Assembly (NCBI GenBank): GCA_963665295.1
Contig: OY762209.1
Coordinates: 4,416,001-4,480,000, forward strand
Reading direction: 5' to 3'
DNA: 64,000 nt
Origin: Syntrophorhabdaceae bacterium
Lineage (GTDB): Bacteria; Desulfobacterota; Syntrophorhabdia; Syntrophorhabdales; Syntrophorhabdaceae
Shown: one piece after another, positions 8,788-17,589 of the stretch
How the letters are laid out: each line of letters begins with the position of its first letter
Position numbering within the stretch: position 1 is the first letter of the stretch
Notes under the pieces: model-generated
The model's database searches: none
What the model saw: the letters and a program-made list of their open reading frames with translations, nothing else
What the model was told of the DNA's origin: nothing
Program-made: the position numbers and the translations under genes

Positions 8788-10407
8788 TCAGTTCACAAGT
8801 TCAATGAAGGCAAAGACCTCCCCGTCGAAAAGCCCTTTATCGCTCAATTTAAGCTTAGGTATCACGAGAAGGGCCATAAAGGAAAGGGTCATAAAGGGCG
8901 CATTCAGAAACGAACCGAGTTGTTTCGCCATATGGTCCAGCCTGTTGTATCTTCGTGCCACAATCTCCCCCTCTTCGTCGCTCATGAGCCCCGCTACCGG
9001 GAGAGGGAGTACTTCCGAGGTATGGTCATGCACCACGGATAAGCCGCCTTTTGCCTCTATCACCTGATTGACCGCCTCGCAGATATCCTCGTCCGTCACT
9101 CCGACTGCGATTATATTGTGGGAATCATGGGCAACAGACGAGGCTATCGCCCCCTTTTTCAAGCCGAAGTTCTTTACAAACCCTATTGCCGGGGGAAGGT
9201 CCTCATAACGGTTCACCACAGCGAGCTTCAATATATCCCCCTCTGTATCGGAGGCCAGTTTGCCCTTGTGAGATTTCAGCAGGGCCTTCGTCCTGCCTGT
9301 GATTACCTGATTATCAATGGCCTCAATGACGTTGACGGTCCTTTTCTGCCCTTGCACCGCGAAATCGCCGGGCACTTTCTTCGAGGCCCCAAAGGAGTTG
9401 ATCTTGAGAGCGGGCGCACGGGGAATAAGTGACACACCGTCCTTTGCCACGAGCCTGCCATCAATATATGTCTTGAGGATGTCGAGCCTGTTCAGGTTCC
9501 CCACCTCCAGAAAGTCTGCAGGGTCTCCCGTGCGGAGCAGCCCCACGTCGAGTCCATAATGTACGACCGGGTTGACAGAAGCACACTGAAGCAGGGTCAG
9601 TATATCAATGCCCATTTTCAGTCCCCTTTTTATCAATTCATTGATATGGCCGCTTACAAGGTCGTCAGGATGTTTGTCATCACTACAGAACAGGCACTGT
9701 TTGGGATACGCCGCAATAAGCGGGCTAAGGACATCGAAATTCTTCGCCGCTGATCCTTCCCTGATGATGAGCTTCATGCCGAGAGATAGCTTCTCCGCAC
9801 CTTCATCATACTGGAAGGATTCGTGATCCGTGGATATCCCCGCCATTACGTACTTTCTCAGCGCCTCACCCCTCACACCGGGAGCGTGCCCGTCAATCGG
9901 CACTCCAAGGCTCCGGGCGATCCTTATCTTTTCCATGACCTCCGGGTCACCATGGAGCACACCCGGAAAATTCATCATCTCGCTGAGGTATTTCACTCCG
10001 TCGTCCCTGAACAGGGACTCTATCGCCCGGGCATCCAGTTTCGCGCCCGCCGTCTCGAAGGGCGTCGCCGGCACGCAGGAAGGTGCCCCGAAACAGAACT
10101 TGAACGGCGTTGACCTACCGTTCTCTATCATGTACTTCACGCCCTCTACCCCGAGAACGTTGGCAATTTCGTGAGGATCGGAAACGCTCGCTACGGTACC
10201 GTGGATCACGGCGAGCCGCGAAAACTCGGCCGGCACCAGCATGGAGCTTTCGATATGAACATGAGCGTCGACAAAACCCGGCATGATGTACGTGCCGAAT
10301 TTTCTACTTTCCCTTTTGATGCCCGCAATTCTGCCGTCCCGCACGTCCACGGTTGCGGGATAGATCTCTGATTCCAGGACATTGATCAGGTTTCCCGAGA
10401 CACGCAT
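8788..10407 (-). CDS. ade: Adenine deaminase
   Basis: PGFVDAHVHIESSM, DPHEIANV, DGHAP, TDHES, SDDKHP, SVAHDSHN. Confidence 0.95.
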   Translation of the reverse strand: MRVSGNLINVLESEIYPATVDVRDGRIAGIKRESRKFGTYIMPGFVDAHVHIESSMLVPAEFSRLAVIHGTVASVSDPHEIANVLGVEGVKYMIENGRSTPFKFCFGAPSCVPATPFETAGAKLDARAIESLFRDDGVKYLSEMMNFPGVLHGDPEVMEKIRIARSLGVPIDGHAPGVRGEALRKYVMAGISTDHESFQYDEGAEKLSLGMKLIIREGSAAKNFDVLSPLIAAYPKQCLFCSDDKHPDDLVSGHINELIKRGLKMGIDILTLLQCASVNPVVHYGLDVGLLRTGDPADFLEVGNLNRLDILKTYIDGRLVAKDGVSLIPRAPALKINSFGASKKVPGDFAVQGQKRTVNVIEAIDNQVITGRTKALLKSHKGKLASDTEGDILKLAVVNRYEDLPPAIGFVKNFGLKKGAIASSVAHDSHNIIAVGVTDEDICEAVNQVIEAKGGLSVVHDHTSEVLPLPVAGLMSDEEGEIVARRYNRLDHMAKQLGSFLNAPFMTLSFMALLVIPKLKLSDKGLFDGEVFAFIELVN

Positions 10408-10510
10408 CAGATGGTACTCACCCTTCCCCCTGCCCGGCCTTCAATGGCTCGGCGGTAAAGGTAAAGGCCTTTCTTATACATACGTTATCTGCAGAACGGT
10501 TACGATACCG

Positions 10511-11059
10511 TCAGTCCGCCTTCAGGATAACCGTTTCATTAAATGCCCTTGTATAGGCATTAATATTCTTCTGAGCGTTTATCCCGAACCTGTTTTTCAC
10601 AGGCTCCTCAAGAGATTCGAGAGGTACCACTCCGGTGGCCTTTACGAGGGCTCCCAGCATAGTGGTATTTGTTATCGGCACCCCAAGCTCTTCCTTGGCG
10701 ATCTTTGTCCCATCCACATAGGCAATATTATGCCCCGGAAACAGCATCATGAGATCTTCAACGGGCTTGTGGGTATTTATGATGACGAATCCGTCTTTCA
10801 AACCTTCCGTGGGGTTAACGGTCCCCAGCAGCGTTGCATCCAGGATGATCACCGCGTCAGGCTTATAGACTTTCGACCTCAGCCTTATCGGTTTATCCGA
10901 CACTCTTAAAAAGGCAAGGACAGGCGCCCCTCTTCTTTCCGGGCCAAAACTCGGGAATGCCTGGGCATATCTGCCTTTCGCGATGGCTGCCTGGGCTATT
11001 ATTTCTGCCGAGGTTACAGCTCCCTGGCCGCCTCTTCCGTGAAATCTCACCTCTATCAT
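10511..11059 (-). CDS. Pyruvate/2-oxoacid:ferredoxin oxidoreductase gamma subunit
   Basis: MIEVRFHGRGGQGAVT...FGPERRGAP, NTTMLGA. ATGA overlap with the cysS stop. Confidence 0.92.
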   Translation of the reverse strand: MIEVRFHGRGGQGAVTSAEIIAQAAIAKGRYAQAFPSFGPERRGAPVLAFLRVSDKPIRLRSKVYKPDAVIILDATLLGTVNPTEGLKDGFVIINTHKPVEDLMMLFPGHNIAYVDGTKIAKEELGVPITNTTMLGALVKATGVVPLESLEEPVKNRFGINAQKNINAYTRAFNETVILKAD

Positions 11060-12519
11060 CTGTCCTCTCCTTTCGTCGTAACTCCACTTTTTATTCTCCA
11101 CTCGGTGCCCTTGGGCGAATCCTGCAAAAGGATTCCTTTCTGAGCGAGAGTATCTCTTATTTCATCCGACTTCTTGTAGTCCTTGTTCTTCCGGGCCTGC
11201 ACCCTTTCTTCGATCATACCCTCAATGGAGGCGGCATCCAGCCCCATACGACTCAGGTGCCTCGTTCTTTCCTTTTCCGAGAACGCGTCCACGTCGTCAA
11301 GCAAAAGACCTATGCCCTGCGCGAGGGTGACAAGAACGTCCCTGGCATAGAGAATGCGTGGGACCCTGCTCTCGTCATGCTCGTCCACCATCCGGTTTAC
11401 CATTTTCGACAGCTCAAAGACCGAACTGAGGGCAAGGGCTGTGTTGAAATCATCATCCATGGCCTCGTAGAACTTCTCCTCCAGTTCACGAGCTGCTCGA
11501 AAAGGCGCCGCTGATGCCTCTTTCCCTTTTCCTGCTTCCCGGGCTCTTTCCAGGGTATAATAGAGTCTCTGGAGCGCGTTATTCGTATCCTCTATCGATT
11601 TATCGGTATAATCAACAGGATTCCTGTAATGAGTCGATAGGAAGAAAAGTCTCAGGACCTCGGGATGATACTCCTTCATGAAGTCCTTTATGAGAAGAAA
11701 ATTGCCGAGAGACTTTGACATCTTTTCCTTCTCGATGTTCACGAATCCGTTGTGGACCCAGTAATTCACGAATCGAACGCCCGTGGCCGCCTCGCTCTGG
11801 GCGCGCTCGTTTTCATGGTGCGGGAAGACAAGGTCTTTCCCTCCCCCGTGTATGTCAAAGGGGGAGCCGAGGTATTTCGTGCTCATCACGGAGCACTCTA
11901 TATGCCATCCCGGTCTGCCTTTACCGAACGACGTCTCCCAGTACGGCTCACCCTCTTTCGAACCCTTCCACAGGGCAAAATCGAGGGGGTTCCTCTTCCT
12001 GTCATCCACATCGACCCGCGCCCCCGCCATCATCTCATCGAGACTCCGGTTGGACAGCCTGCCGTAACCGACAAAGCTTTCTACGGAAAAGTAGACATCG
12101 TCATCAACCCTGTATGCGTGTCCCTTGTCAAGGAGAGTTTCCACGAGACGTATCATATCATCGATATGTTCCGTGGCCCTCGGCTCATAGGTGGGAGTGA
12201 GGATGTTCAAGGCCCCCATATCTTCCTTAAAAGACCTGATATACTTCTCCCCTACTTCCTTCCACGGGACGCCTTCCGTATTCGCCTTCTTCAGTATCTT
12301 ATCGTCGATATCGGTGAAGTTCTTCACGAAGACGACGTCAAGACCTTTCGCCTTGAGATACCGGTAAATCACGTCGAATACGATGGCGCTCCTCGCGTGA
12401 CCGATATGACAATGGTCATAAACGGTTACACCGCATACATAGAGTTTTGCCCTGCCTTCCTCGACGGGTTTGAATTCTTCCTTGTTTCCAGTGAATGTGT
12501 TGTATATTTTTATAGACAT
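11056..12519 (-). CDS. cysS: Cysteinyl-tRNA synthetase
   Basis: CGVTVYDHCHIGH, GRPGWHIEC, FPHHENE, KMSKS. Confidence 0.98.
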   Translation of the reverse strand: MSIKIYNTFTGNKEEFKPVEEGRAKLYVCGVTVYDHCHIGHARSAIVFDVIYRYLKAKGLDVVFVKNFTDIDDKILKKANTEGVPWKEVGEKYIRSFKEDMGALNILTPTYEPRATEHIDDMIRLVETLLDKGHAYRVDDDVYFSVESFVGYGRLSNRSLDEMMAGARVDVDDRKRNPLDFALWKGSKEGEPYWETSFGKGRPGWHIECSVMSTKYLGSPFDIHGGGKDLVFPHHENERAQSEAATGVRFVNYWVHNGFVNIEKEKMSKSLGNFLLIKDFMKEYHPEVLRLFFLSTHYRNPVDYTDKSIEDTNNALQRLYYTLERAREAGKGKEASAAPFRAARELEEKFYEAMDDDFNTALALSSVFELSKMVNRMVDEHDESRVPRILYARDVLVTLAQGIGLLLDDVDAFSEKERTRHLSRMGLDAASIEGMIEERVQARKNKDYKKSDEIRDTLAQKGILLQDSPKGTEWRIKSGVTTKGEDR

Positions 12520-12592
12520 ATGTTGCTATTTTTATCACAACGTGCGCCCCCTTGTCAAAACTTATCTGAGCCTCGGGGCCGGCCTTTTGGAA

Positions 12593-12622
12593 TTGACAAG
12601 GGTCACCTCCTTGAATTATTAT
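12593..12622 (+). promoter_or_regulatory. Putative sigma-70 promoter of the metal-uptake operon
   Basis: TTGACA-N18-TATTAT. Confidence 0.55.
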
Positions 12623-12648
12623 TTGCCCATGAGATCGGAAGGACGCTC

Positions 12649-12963
12649 ATGAGTCTCGTGAGAAGGGAAGCGCACTCCCCTTCGTATGCCGGACGCAGAT
12701 CAACCGCCGGGAAGGTCCTGGCGGTTCTCTTTTGCGTTTGTCTTCTCCTTTCCCTCGGGATGGGCTTTCACCACCATACGGACGGGCTTGAACACCCCGA
12801 TTGCCCAACCTGTGCACTTTCGTCCCTACCGGTAATCGGATCGGCATCCTGCGATTCAGCGCCTTTTTTTGTGGACATCGTGTTTTTGGCGCCCCTCCGG
12901 GATTTCCGTCCTCTTTGTTCTTCCCTCGATTCCACTCATGCCATAAGGGCGCCTCCCGCCTGA
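12649..12963 (+). CDS. DUF2946/CruR-like leader peptide (TM/signal, HHH, CxxC, C-terminal RAPP), 104 aa
   Basis: MSLVRR...VLAVLFCVCLLLSLGMGFHHHTDGLEHPDCPTC...HAIRAPPA*; GGAAGGA before ATG 12649. It is the 3' end of the long shadow ORF 11752..12963. Confidence 0.8.
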   Translation: MSLVRREAHSPSYAGRRSTAGKVLAVLFCVCLLLSLGMGFHHHTDGLEHPDCPTCALSSLPVIGSASCDSAPFFVDIVFLAPLRDFRPLCSSLDSTHAIRAPPA

Positions 12964-13058
12964 CATTCTTCACCCGCACCACAAATCCATAATAAAAGAT
13001 TCCCAACGGAGGAGTATCACCACCGTACGCTCCGCCCTGAATTCGCGAGGAGGCACCA

Positions 13059-14411
13059 ATGCATAAGACGCTTGTCTTTGCCCTTCTCTTCGCGTGTCTC
13101 GGTTATTCAAGTTCATTTGCAGGTAATCTTGAATCGAGGCTGAACGCGATGGAGGAGACCTTAAGGAAGCAACAGGAGACAATCAACGAGCAGCGCAAAA
13201 TGATCGAGGAATTGAAAGGCGAATTGGCAACAGTAAAGAAGCAGGAGACCGCCCCCGCGGTTGCCGATATACCTCCGGGGACCGCGGGTGAGCCGAAGAT
13301 GTCCGGCATATCCGGTCTTTTCGGCGGCGCATGGATGACCAATCCGTATATTTCCTTTGTGTTGAACACCAATTTCTACTCCTCCAGCATCAATGAAAGG
13401 GAACTATCCAACAGGGGAATCCCCGGTTACTCAAACCTGGGTTTCGAGCAGAAGAAAGGGTTCAATATCAGCGAGGGTGAATTATTCCTTTTCGCTCCCG
13501 TGGATCCCTATTTTAATCTCTATGCCAATATACCCTTTACGGAAAGCGGCAGTTCCCTTGAAGAGGCATACTTTATTACCACCTCCCTCCCCGAGGGTTT
13601 GCAGGTAAAGGGAGGTAAATTCAAGAGCAACTTCAGTCGTTTCAATGCGCAGCACCCCCACGCATGGGATTTCGCCGACGCTCCTCTGTCGTACCGGGCC
13701 TTCCTCGGCAACGAAGGTCTCATCGAGAAGGGGGTACAGTTGACCTATCTCCCGGCTCTGCCCTTCTACACTCTCCTCGGAGTGGAAGTGCTCCAGGGGG
13801 AAAACGAAGTCATGTTCAACCAGAACGCCACAGGAGGTCCTCACGCCTTCACCGGGTATTTGAAACAATCCGTTGATCTGGGTGACTATTCCACCCTGCT
13901 TTTCGGCCCCTATGCCGTAGGCGGCCAAACGCGCACCACCACCGTTGCGAACGGTACCTTTCTGATGGGCAATACGCAACTCTATGGGTTTGAAACCGTC
14001 TTCAAATGGAAACCCTCGAAATACAGAAGCCTTATTGTCCAGGGAGAGTACATGATACGCAATCAGGACGGCACCCTTTACGATGCCTCGCCAAACACCG
14101 CCTCCAGTCTTAAGAGGTCCCAGGACGGCGCATACATTCAGGCCCTTTATCAGATCGACAGGTGGAGGTTCGGCGCGCGATACGATCGCCTCGGTCTGTT
14201 CAGGACCGATTACACGCTTGCGGGCGTGGAGCAGAGCTTCGGGCAGGACCCGTGGCGGGCCACTGCCGCAGTCGAGCTGAACCTGAGCGAGTTCTCCCGC
14301 CTGAGGCTTCAGTACAACTACGATCGGTCGGGCGGAGACGGACGGACAAACAACGAGGTCTTTTTGCAGCTTATTCTGGGCATCGGCGCACACGCCGCCC
14401 ATTCATTCTAA
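13059..14411 (+). CDS. Outer-membrane beta-barrel protein of metal (Zn/Mn-type) uptake operons
   Basis: Signal peptide, coiled coil, amphipathic strands, NAQHPHAW, C-terminal GAHAAHSF; lies upstream of a cluster A-I binding protein. Confidence 0.75.
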   Translation: MHKTLVFALLFACLGYSSSFAGNLESRLNAMEETLRKQQETINEQRKMIEELKGELATVKKQETAPAVADIPPGTAGEPKMSGISGLFGGAWMTNPYISFVLNTNFYSSSINERELSNRGIPGYSNLGFEQKKGFNISEGELFLFAPVDPYFNLYANIPFTESGSSLEEAYFITTSLPEGLQVKGGKFKSNFSRFNAQHPHAWDFADAPLSYRAFLGNEGLIEKGVQLTYLPALPFYTLLGVEVLQGENEVMFNQNATGGPHAFTGYLKQSVDLGDYSTLLFGPYAVGGQTRTTTVANGTFLMGNTQLYGFETVFKWKPSKYRSLIVQGEYMIRNQDGTLYDASPNTASSLKRSQDGAYIQALYQIDRWRFGARYDRLGLFRTDYTLAGVEQSFGQDPWRATAAVELNLSEFSRLRLQYNYDRSGGDGRTNNEVFLQLILGIGAHAAHSF

Positions 14412-14423
14412 GGAGACGTCACA

Positions 14424-15308
14424 ATGAAGAAACCAACCATACTGATCTTTCTCATCACATTCCTTTTTGCCTGGCCCGCCTTTGCCGAACTGAACGTGGT
14501 GACCACCCTTCCATGGATAGGGAGTATCGTGAACGATCTGGGCCGGGACAAGGTGAAGGTGACGGTCCTGGTCAAGCCGAGCCAGGATCCCCACATGATC
14601 GAAGCGAAACCGAGCATGATCCTTGCGGCGAGAAGGGCCGATCTCATTATGTACAACGGCCTCGACCTTGAAATAGGCTATCTTCCTATCCTTATCGAGT
14701 CATCACGGAATCCGAAGATTCAGCCGGGCAGGCCGGGTAATTTCGATTGTTCCCGTTTTGTGGCGGCCATCGAGAAGCCCCTCGCCGCCGACAGAAGCCT
14801 GGGGGACGTCCATCCCCTGGGCAACCCCCACTATCATCTTTCGCCCGGGAATATGCGTAATATTGCGGAAGGCATTTCCCGGACCCTGTCCCAATTGGAC
14901 CCCGGAAACGCATCTTTCTACCAGGAAAACGCGTCCGGCTTCCGGAAGAAGCTCGACGAGAGAAGGAAGGAGTGGGGAACAGCGCAATTGCGGGGGAAGA
15001 AATTTGTCAGCTACCACAAGTATTTCGAATACCTTGCACAGGAATACGGGTTCCAGCTTGTGGGATACATCGAAGCCAAGCCGGGTATCCCGCCGTCTCC
15101 CGGCCATATCGAAAGTCTCATTGAACTCGCGAAGGGAACAAAACTGGACGGCATACTTACCACCGCATATTTTCCACGGACAGCTCCCGATTTTCTTGCC
15201 CGAAAAACGGGCCTCAAGGTAATTGTCATTCCCCATGAAGTGGGTGCCACGCCTCAGGCAACGGACTGGTTCAAACTCATGGACCTTGTATTCGCCTCAT
15301 TATCGTAA
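14424..15308 (+). CDS. Metal ABC substrate-binding protein (ZnuA/TroA family)
   Basis: QDPH, YNGLDLE, GDVHPLGNPHY, YH. Confidence 0.92.
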   Translation: MKKPTILIFLITFLFAWPAFAELNVVTTLPWIGSIVNDLGRDKVKVTVLVKPSQDPHMIEAKPSMILAARRADLIMYNGLDLEIGYLPILIESSRNPKIQPGRPGNFDCSRFVAAIEKPLAADRSLGDVHPLGNPHYHLSPGNMRNIAEGISRTLSQLDPGNASFYQENASGFRKKLDERRKEWGTAQLRGKKFVSYHKYFEYLAQEYGFQLVGYIEAKPGIPPSPGHIESLIELAKGTKLDGILTTAYFPRTAPDFLARKTGLKVIVIPHEVGATPQATDWFKLMDLVFASLS

Positions 15309-15319
15309 GGAGACAATGA

Positions 15320-16117
15320 ATGGAAGCGCTACAGTTGCTTATGTATCCCTTTCTCGCCTGCCTCTGCCTGATCCTGATCCACGCCTATTTCGGTATTCAT
15401 GTTCTCGAACGGGGGATCATTTTCGTGGACCTTTCCCTCGCGCAATTCACGGGCCTCGGCATCGCGTGTGCCCTCTATGCCGGGGCCGGCTCGCACGGCC
15501 AGTACCTCTACTCCGCCGCCTTTGCCGTAATGGGCGCCCTTCTCCTTTCTTTCTCCCGCCGCATATCCCGGTTCGTCAATATAGAGGCCTTTATCGGTGT
15601 GCTCTACATCTTCGGTCTCTCCGCGAGCGTCCTCATACTCGACCGCACGCCTCACGGCCTCGAGGAATTGAAGTCCATCTTCAACGGCAACATACTCTGG
15701 GTAAGCGGAGGGGATGTGCTGAAGGCATTCTTTCTTTATGCAGTAATAGGGGCCTTCCATTTCATTTTCAGAAGACGTTTCTTTGCCCTCACAAGGAACG
15801 GGGAACAGTCCGTGCTATGGGAGTTTCTTTTCTTTCTCAGTTTTGCTCTCGTCCTTGTAAGCTCGGTGAAACTTGCAGGGATACTCCAAGTCTTTGCCTT
15901 CCTCGTTATTCCCGCTCTGATAGGAAGGCTTTTCGGCAACGCTCCCGGTAAGGTCCTCATTGGAGGCTGGCTCATCGGAGTCGGGGCAAGCATTTTCGGT
16001 CTTGCAGTCTCTTATCGCCTGGACCTGCCCGCCGCTCCCCTGATTGTTGCCTCCCTCTGTCTGGCCTTCTTCTCTCTTCTGGGAGCAAAGGCGCTCCTTG
16101 CAGGGAAGTCATCATGA
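15320..16117 (+). CDS. Metal ABC permease (ZnuB/ABC-3 family)
   Basis: GIHVLERGIIFVDLSLAQ, FNGNIL, FLVIPA; multiple TM helices. Confidence 0.88.
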   Translation: MEALQLLMYPFLACLCLILIHAYFGIHVLERGIIFVDLSLAQFTGLGIACALYAGAGSHGQYLYSAAFAVMGALLLSFSRRISRFVNIEAFIGVLYIFGLSASVLILDRTPHGLEELKSIFNGNILWVSGGDVLKAFFLYAVIGAFHFIFRRRFFALTRNGEQSVLWEFLFFLSFALVLVSSVKLAGILQVFAFLVIPALIGRLFGNAPGKVLIGGWLIGVGASIFGLAVSYRLDLPAAPLIVASLCLAFFSLLGAKALLAGKSS

Positions 16118-16159
16118 CGCCCTTGGCCACCCCTGGTTCCGTTTCCTCCGGGCCCCTTT

Positions 16160-16849
16160 CTACACCATGAGGTACTTCTTCTTCACATCCTCGTTGGCTT
16201 CAAGCTCGGCAACGGTCCCCTCGAAGCGGATGATCCCCTCGTCGATGACGTAGGCCCTGTCGATCATCCTCAAGGCGGATCTCACGTTCTGCTCGGAGAG
16301 GAGGATGCTGATCCCCGCGTCTTTGAGCTTTACGATCTGCTCCTCCAGGTCCCGGACAATAAGGGGAGCGAGCCCTTCGGTAGGCTCATCGAGGAGAAGG
16401 AGGTCGGGGCTGCTCATGAGGGCCCGGCCTATGGTGAGCATCTGCTGCTCCCCTCCGGAGAGGTTCCCTGCGCGTCTGGTCTTGATGTCGGCGAGAGGGG
16501 GGAATACCTGGTAGACCCGTTCCTTGGTCCACTGGTCGGTCCTTTTGAAGGCGATCTCCAGGTTGTCGTCCACGGAGAGGTCGGCGAATACCCTGCGGTC
16601 ATCGGGCACATACCCCATGCCCGCCCGTACGAGGAGGAAGGGTTTGCGGTGGGTGATATCCTCGTTCTTGAAGGTGATGGTCCCCTCTTTCGGAGGGGTG
16701 AGGCCCATGATACTCCTCATGGTGGTGCTCTTCCCTGCGCCGTTCCTCCCTAAGAGCCCCACTACCTCTCCTTTGGAGACCCTGAGGCTTACATCGAAGA
16801 GTATGTGGCTTAGACCGTAATAGGTGTGAATACTGTTTACATTAAGCAT
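16160..16849 (-). CDS. livF: Liv-type ABC ATPase
   Basis: GRNGAGKS, LSGGEQQ, LLDEPTEGLAP, EQN. Confidence 0.92.
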   Translation of the reverse strand: MLNVNSIHTYYGLSHILFDVSLRVSKGEVVGLLGRNGAGKSTTMRSIMGLTPPKEGTITFKNEDITHRKPFLLVRAGMGYVPDDRRVFADLSVDDNLEIAFKRTDQWTKERVYQVFPPLADIKTRRAGNLSGGEQQMLTIGRALMSSPDLLLLDEPTEGLAPLIVRDLEEQIVKLKDAGISILLSEQNVRSALRMIDRAYVIDEGIIRFEGTVAELEANEDVKKKYLMV

Positions 16850-17586
16850 ACGTCACTCCCGCCGAGATAGGCATCCTGCACCGCCTGGTTGCATCGCACT
16901 TCTTCGCAGGAGCCCTGAATGATGGTGGCGCCCCGGACCATGACCATGATCCGGTTCGAGATGGAGAAGACAAGTTCCATATCGTGCTCGCAGAAAAGGA
17001 TGGTGAGACCCATCTTTTCCGAAAGCTGCTTGATGAGGTCGATACAGCGGAGGGTCTCCTCAAGGGACATGCCCGCGGTGGGTTCGTCGAGGATCAGAAA
17101 CCGGGGGTTCCCTCCGAGGGCCATGGCGATCTCCAGGACCTTGCGGTCTCCGTGAGAGAGGGCGCCCGATACGGCGTCCCTTTTTCTGGTGAGGCCCACG
17201 CTTTCGAGGATGCCCTCCGTCTCCTCCCTTACGAGCTTATGGGAAGGGGTGAAGAGCTTCCACGTCATGTTTTCCCGGGCAAGGACCGCGACCTGGACGT
17301 TCTCGAAGACGGTCCTTCTCTGGAAGACGTTGACCACCTGGAAGGAGCGGGACATCCCTTTCTTGCAGACCTTGTAGGGGGGAAGGCCCGTAATGTTCTC
17401 CCCCTCGAAGAGGACCGTGCCGGAATCGGGCTTCAGTATCCCCGTGATGAGGTTGAAGAGGGTCGTCTTGCCCGCTCCGTTGGGGCCGATCACTGCGACG
17501 ATCTCACCCTTTTTCACTTCAAGGTTCGCGCCGTTGACCGCCTTGAACCCGCCGAATGTTTTTGTGAGAGATTTTACCTGTAGCAC
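16837..17586 (-). CDS. livG: Liv-type ABC ATPase
   Basis: GPNGAGKT, LSHG, EHDM, AYLG. Confidence 0.92.
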   Translation of the reverse strand: MLQVKSLTKTFGGFKAVNGANLEVKKGEIVAVIGPNGAGKTTLFNLITGILKPDSGTVLFEGENITGLPPYKVCKKGMSRSFQVVNVFQRRTVFENVQVAVLARENMTWKLFTPSHKLVREETEGILESVGLTRKRDAVSGALSHGDRKVLEIAMALGGNPRFLILDEPTAGMSLEETLRCIDLIKQLSEKMGLTILFCEHDMELVFSISNRIMVMVRGATIIQGSCEEVRCNQAVQDAYLGGSDVCLM

Positions 17587-17589
17587 GCC

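Noticed and set aside
10408..10510. Possible purine riboswitch upstream of ade
   Set aside because: The conserved purine aptamer elements are not present.
11752..12648. 5' part of the 403-aa plus-strand ORF
   Set aside because: Antisense shadow of cysS; only the last 104 codons from ATG 12649 look real.
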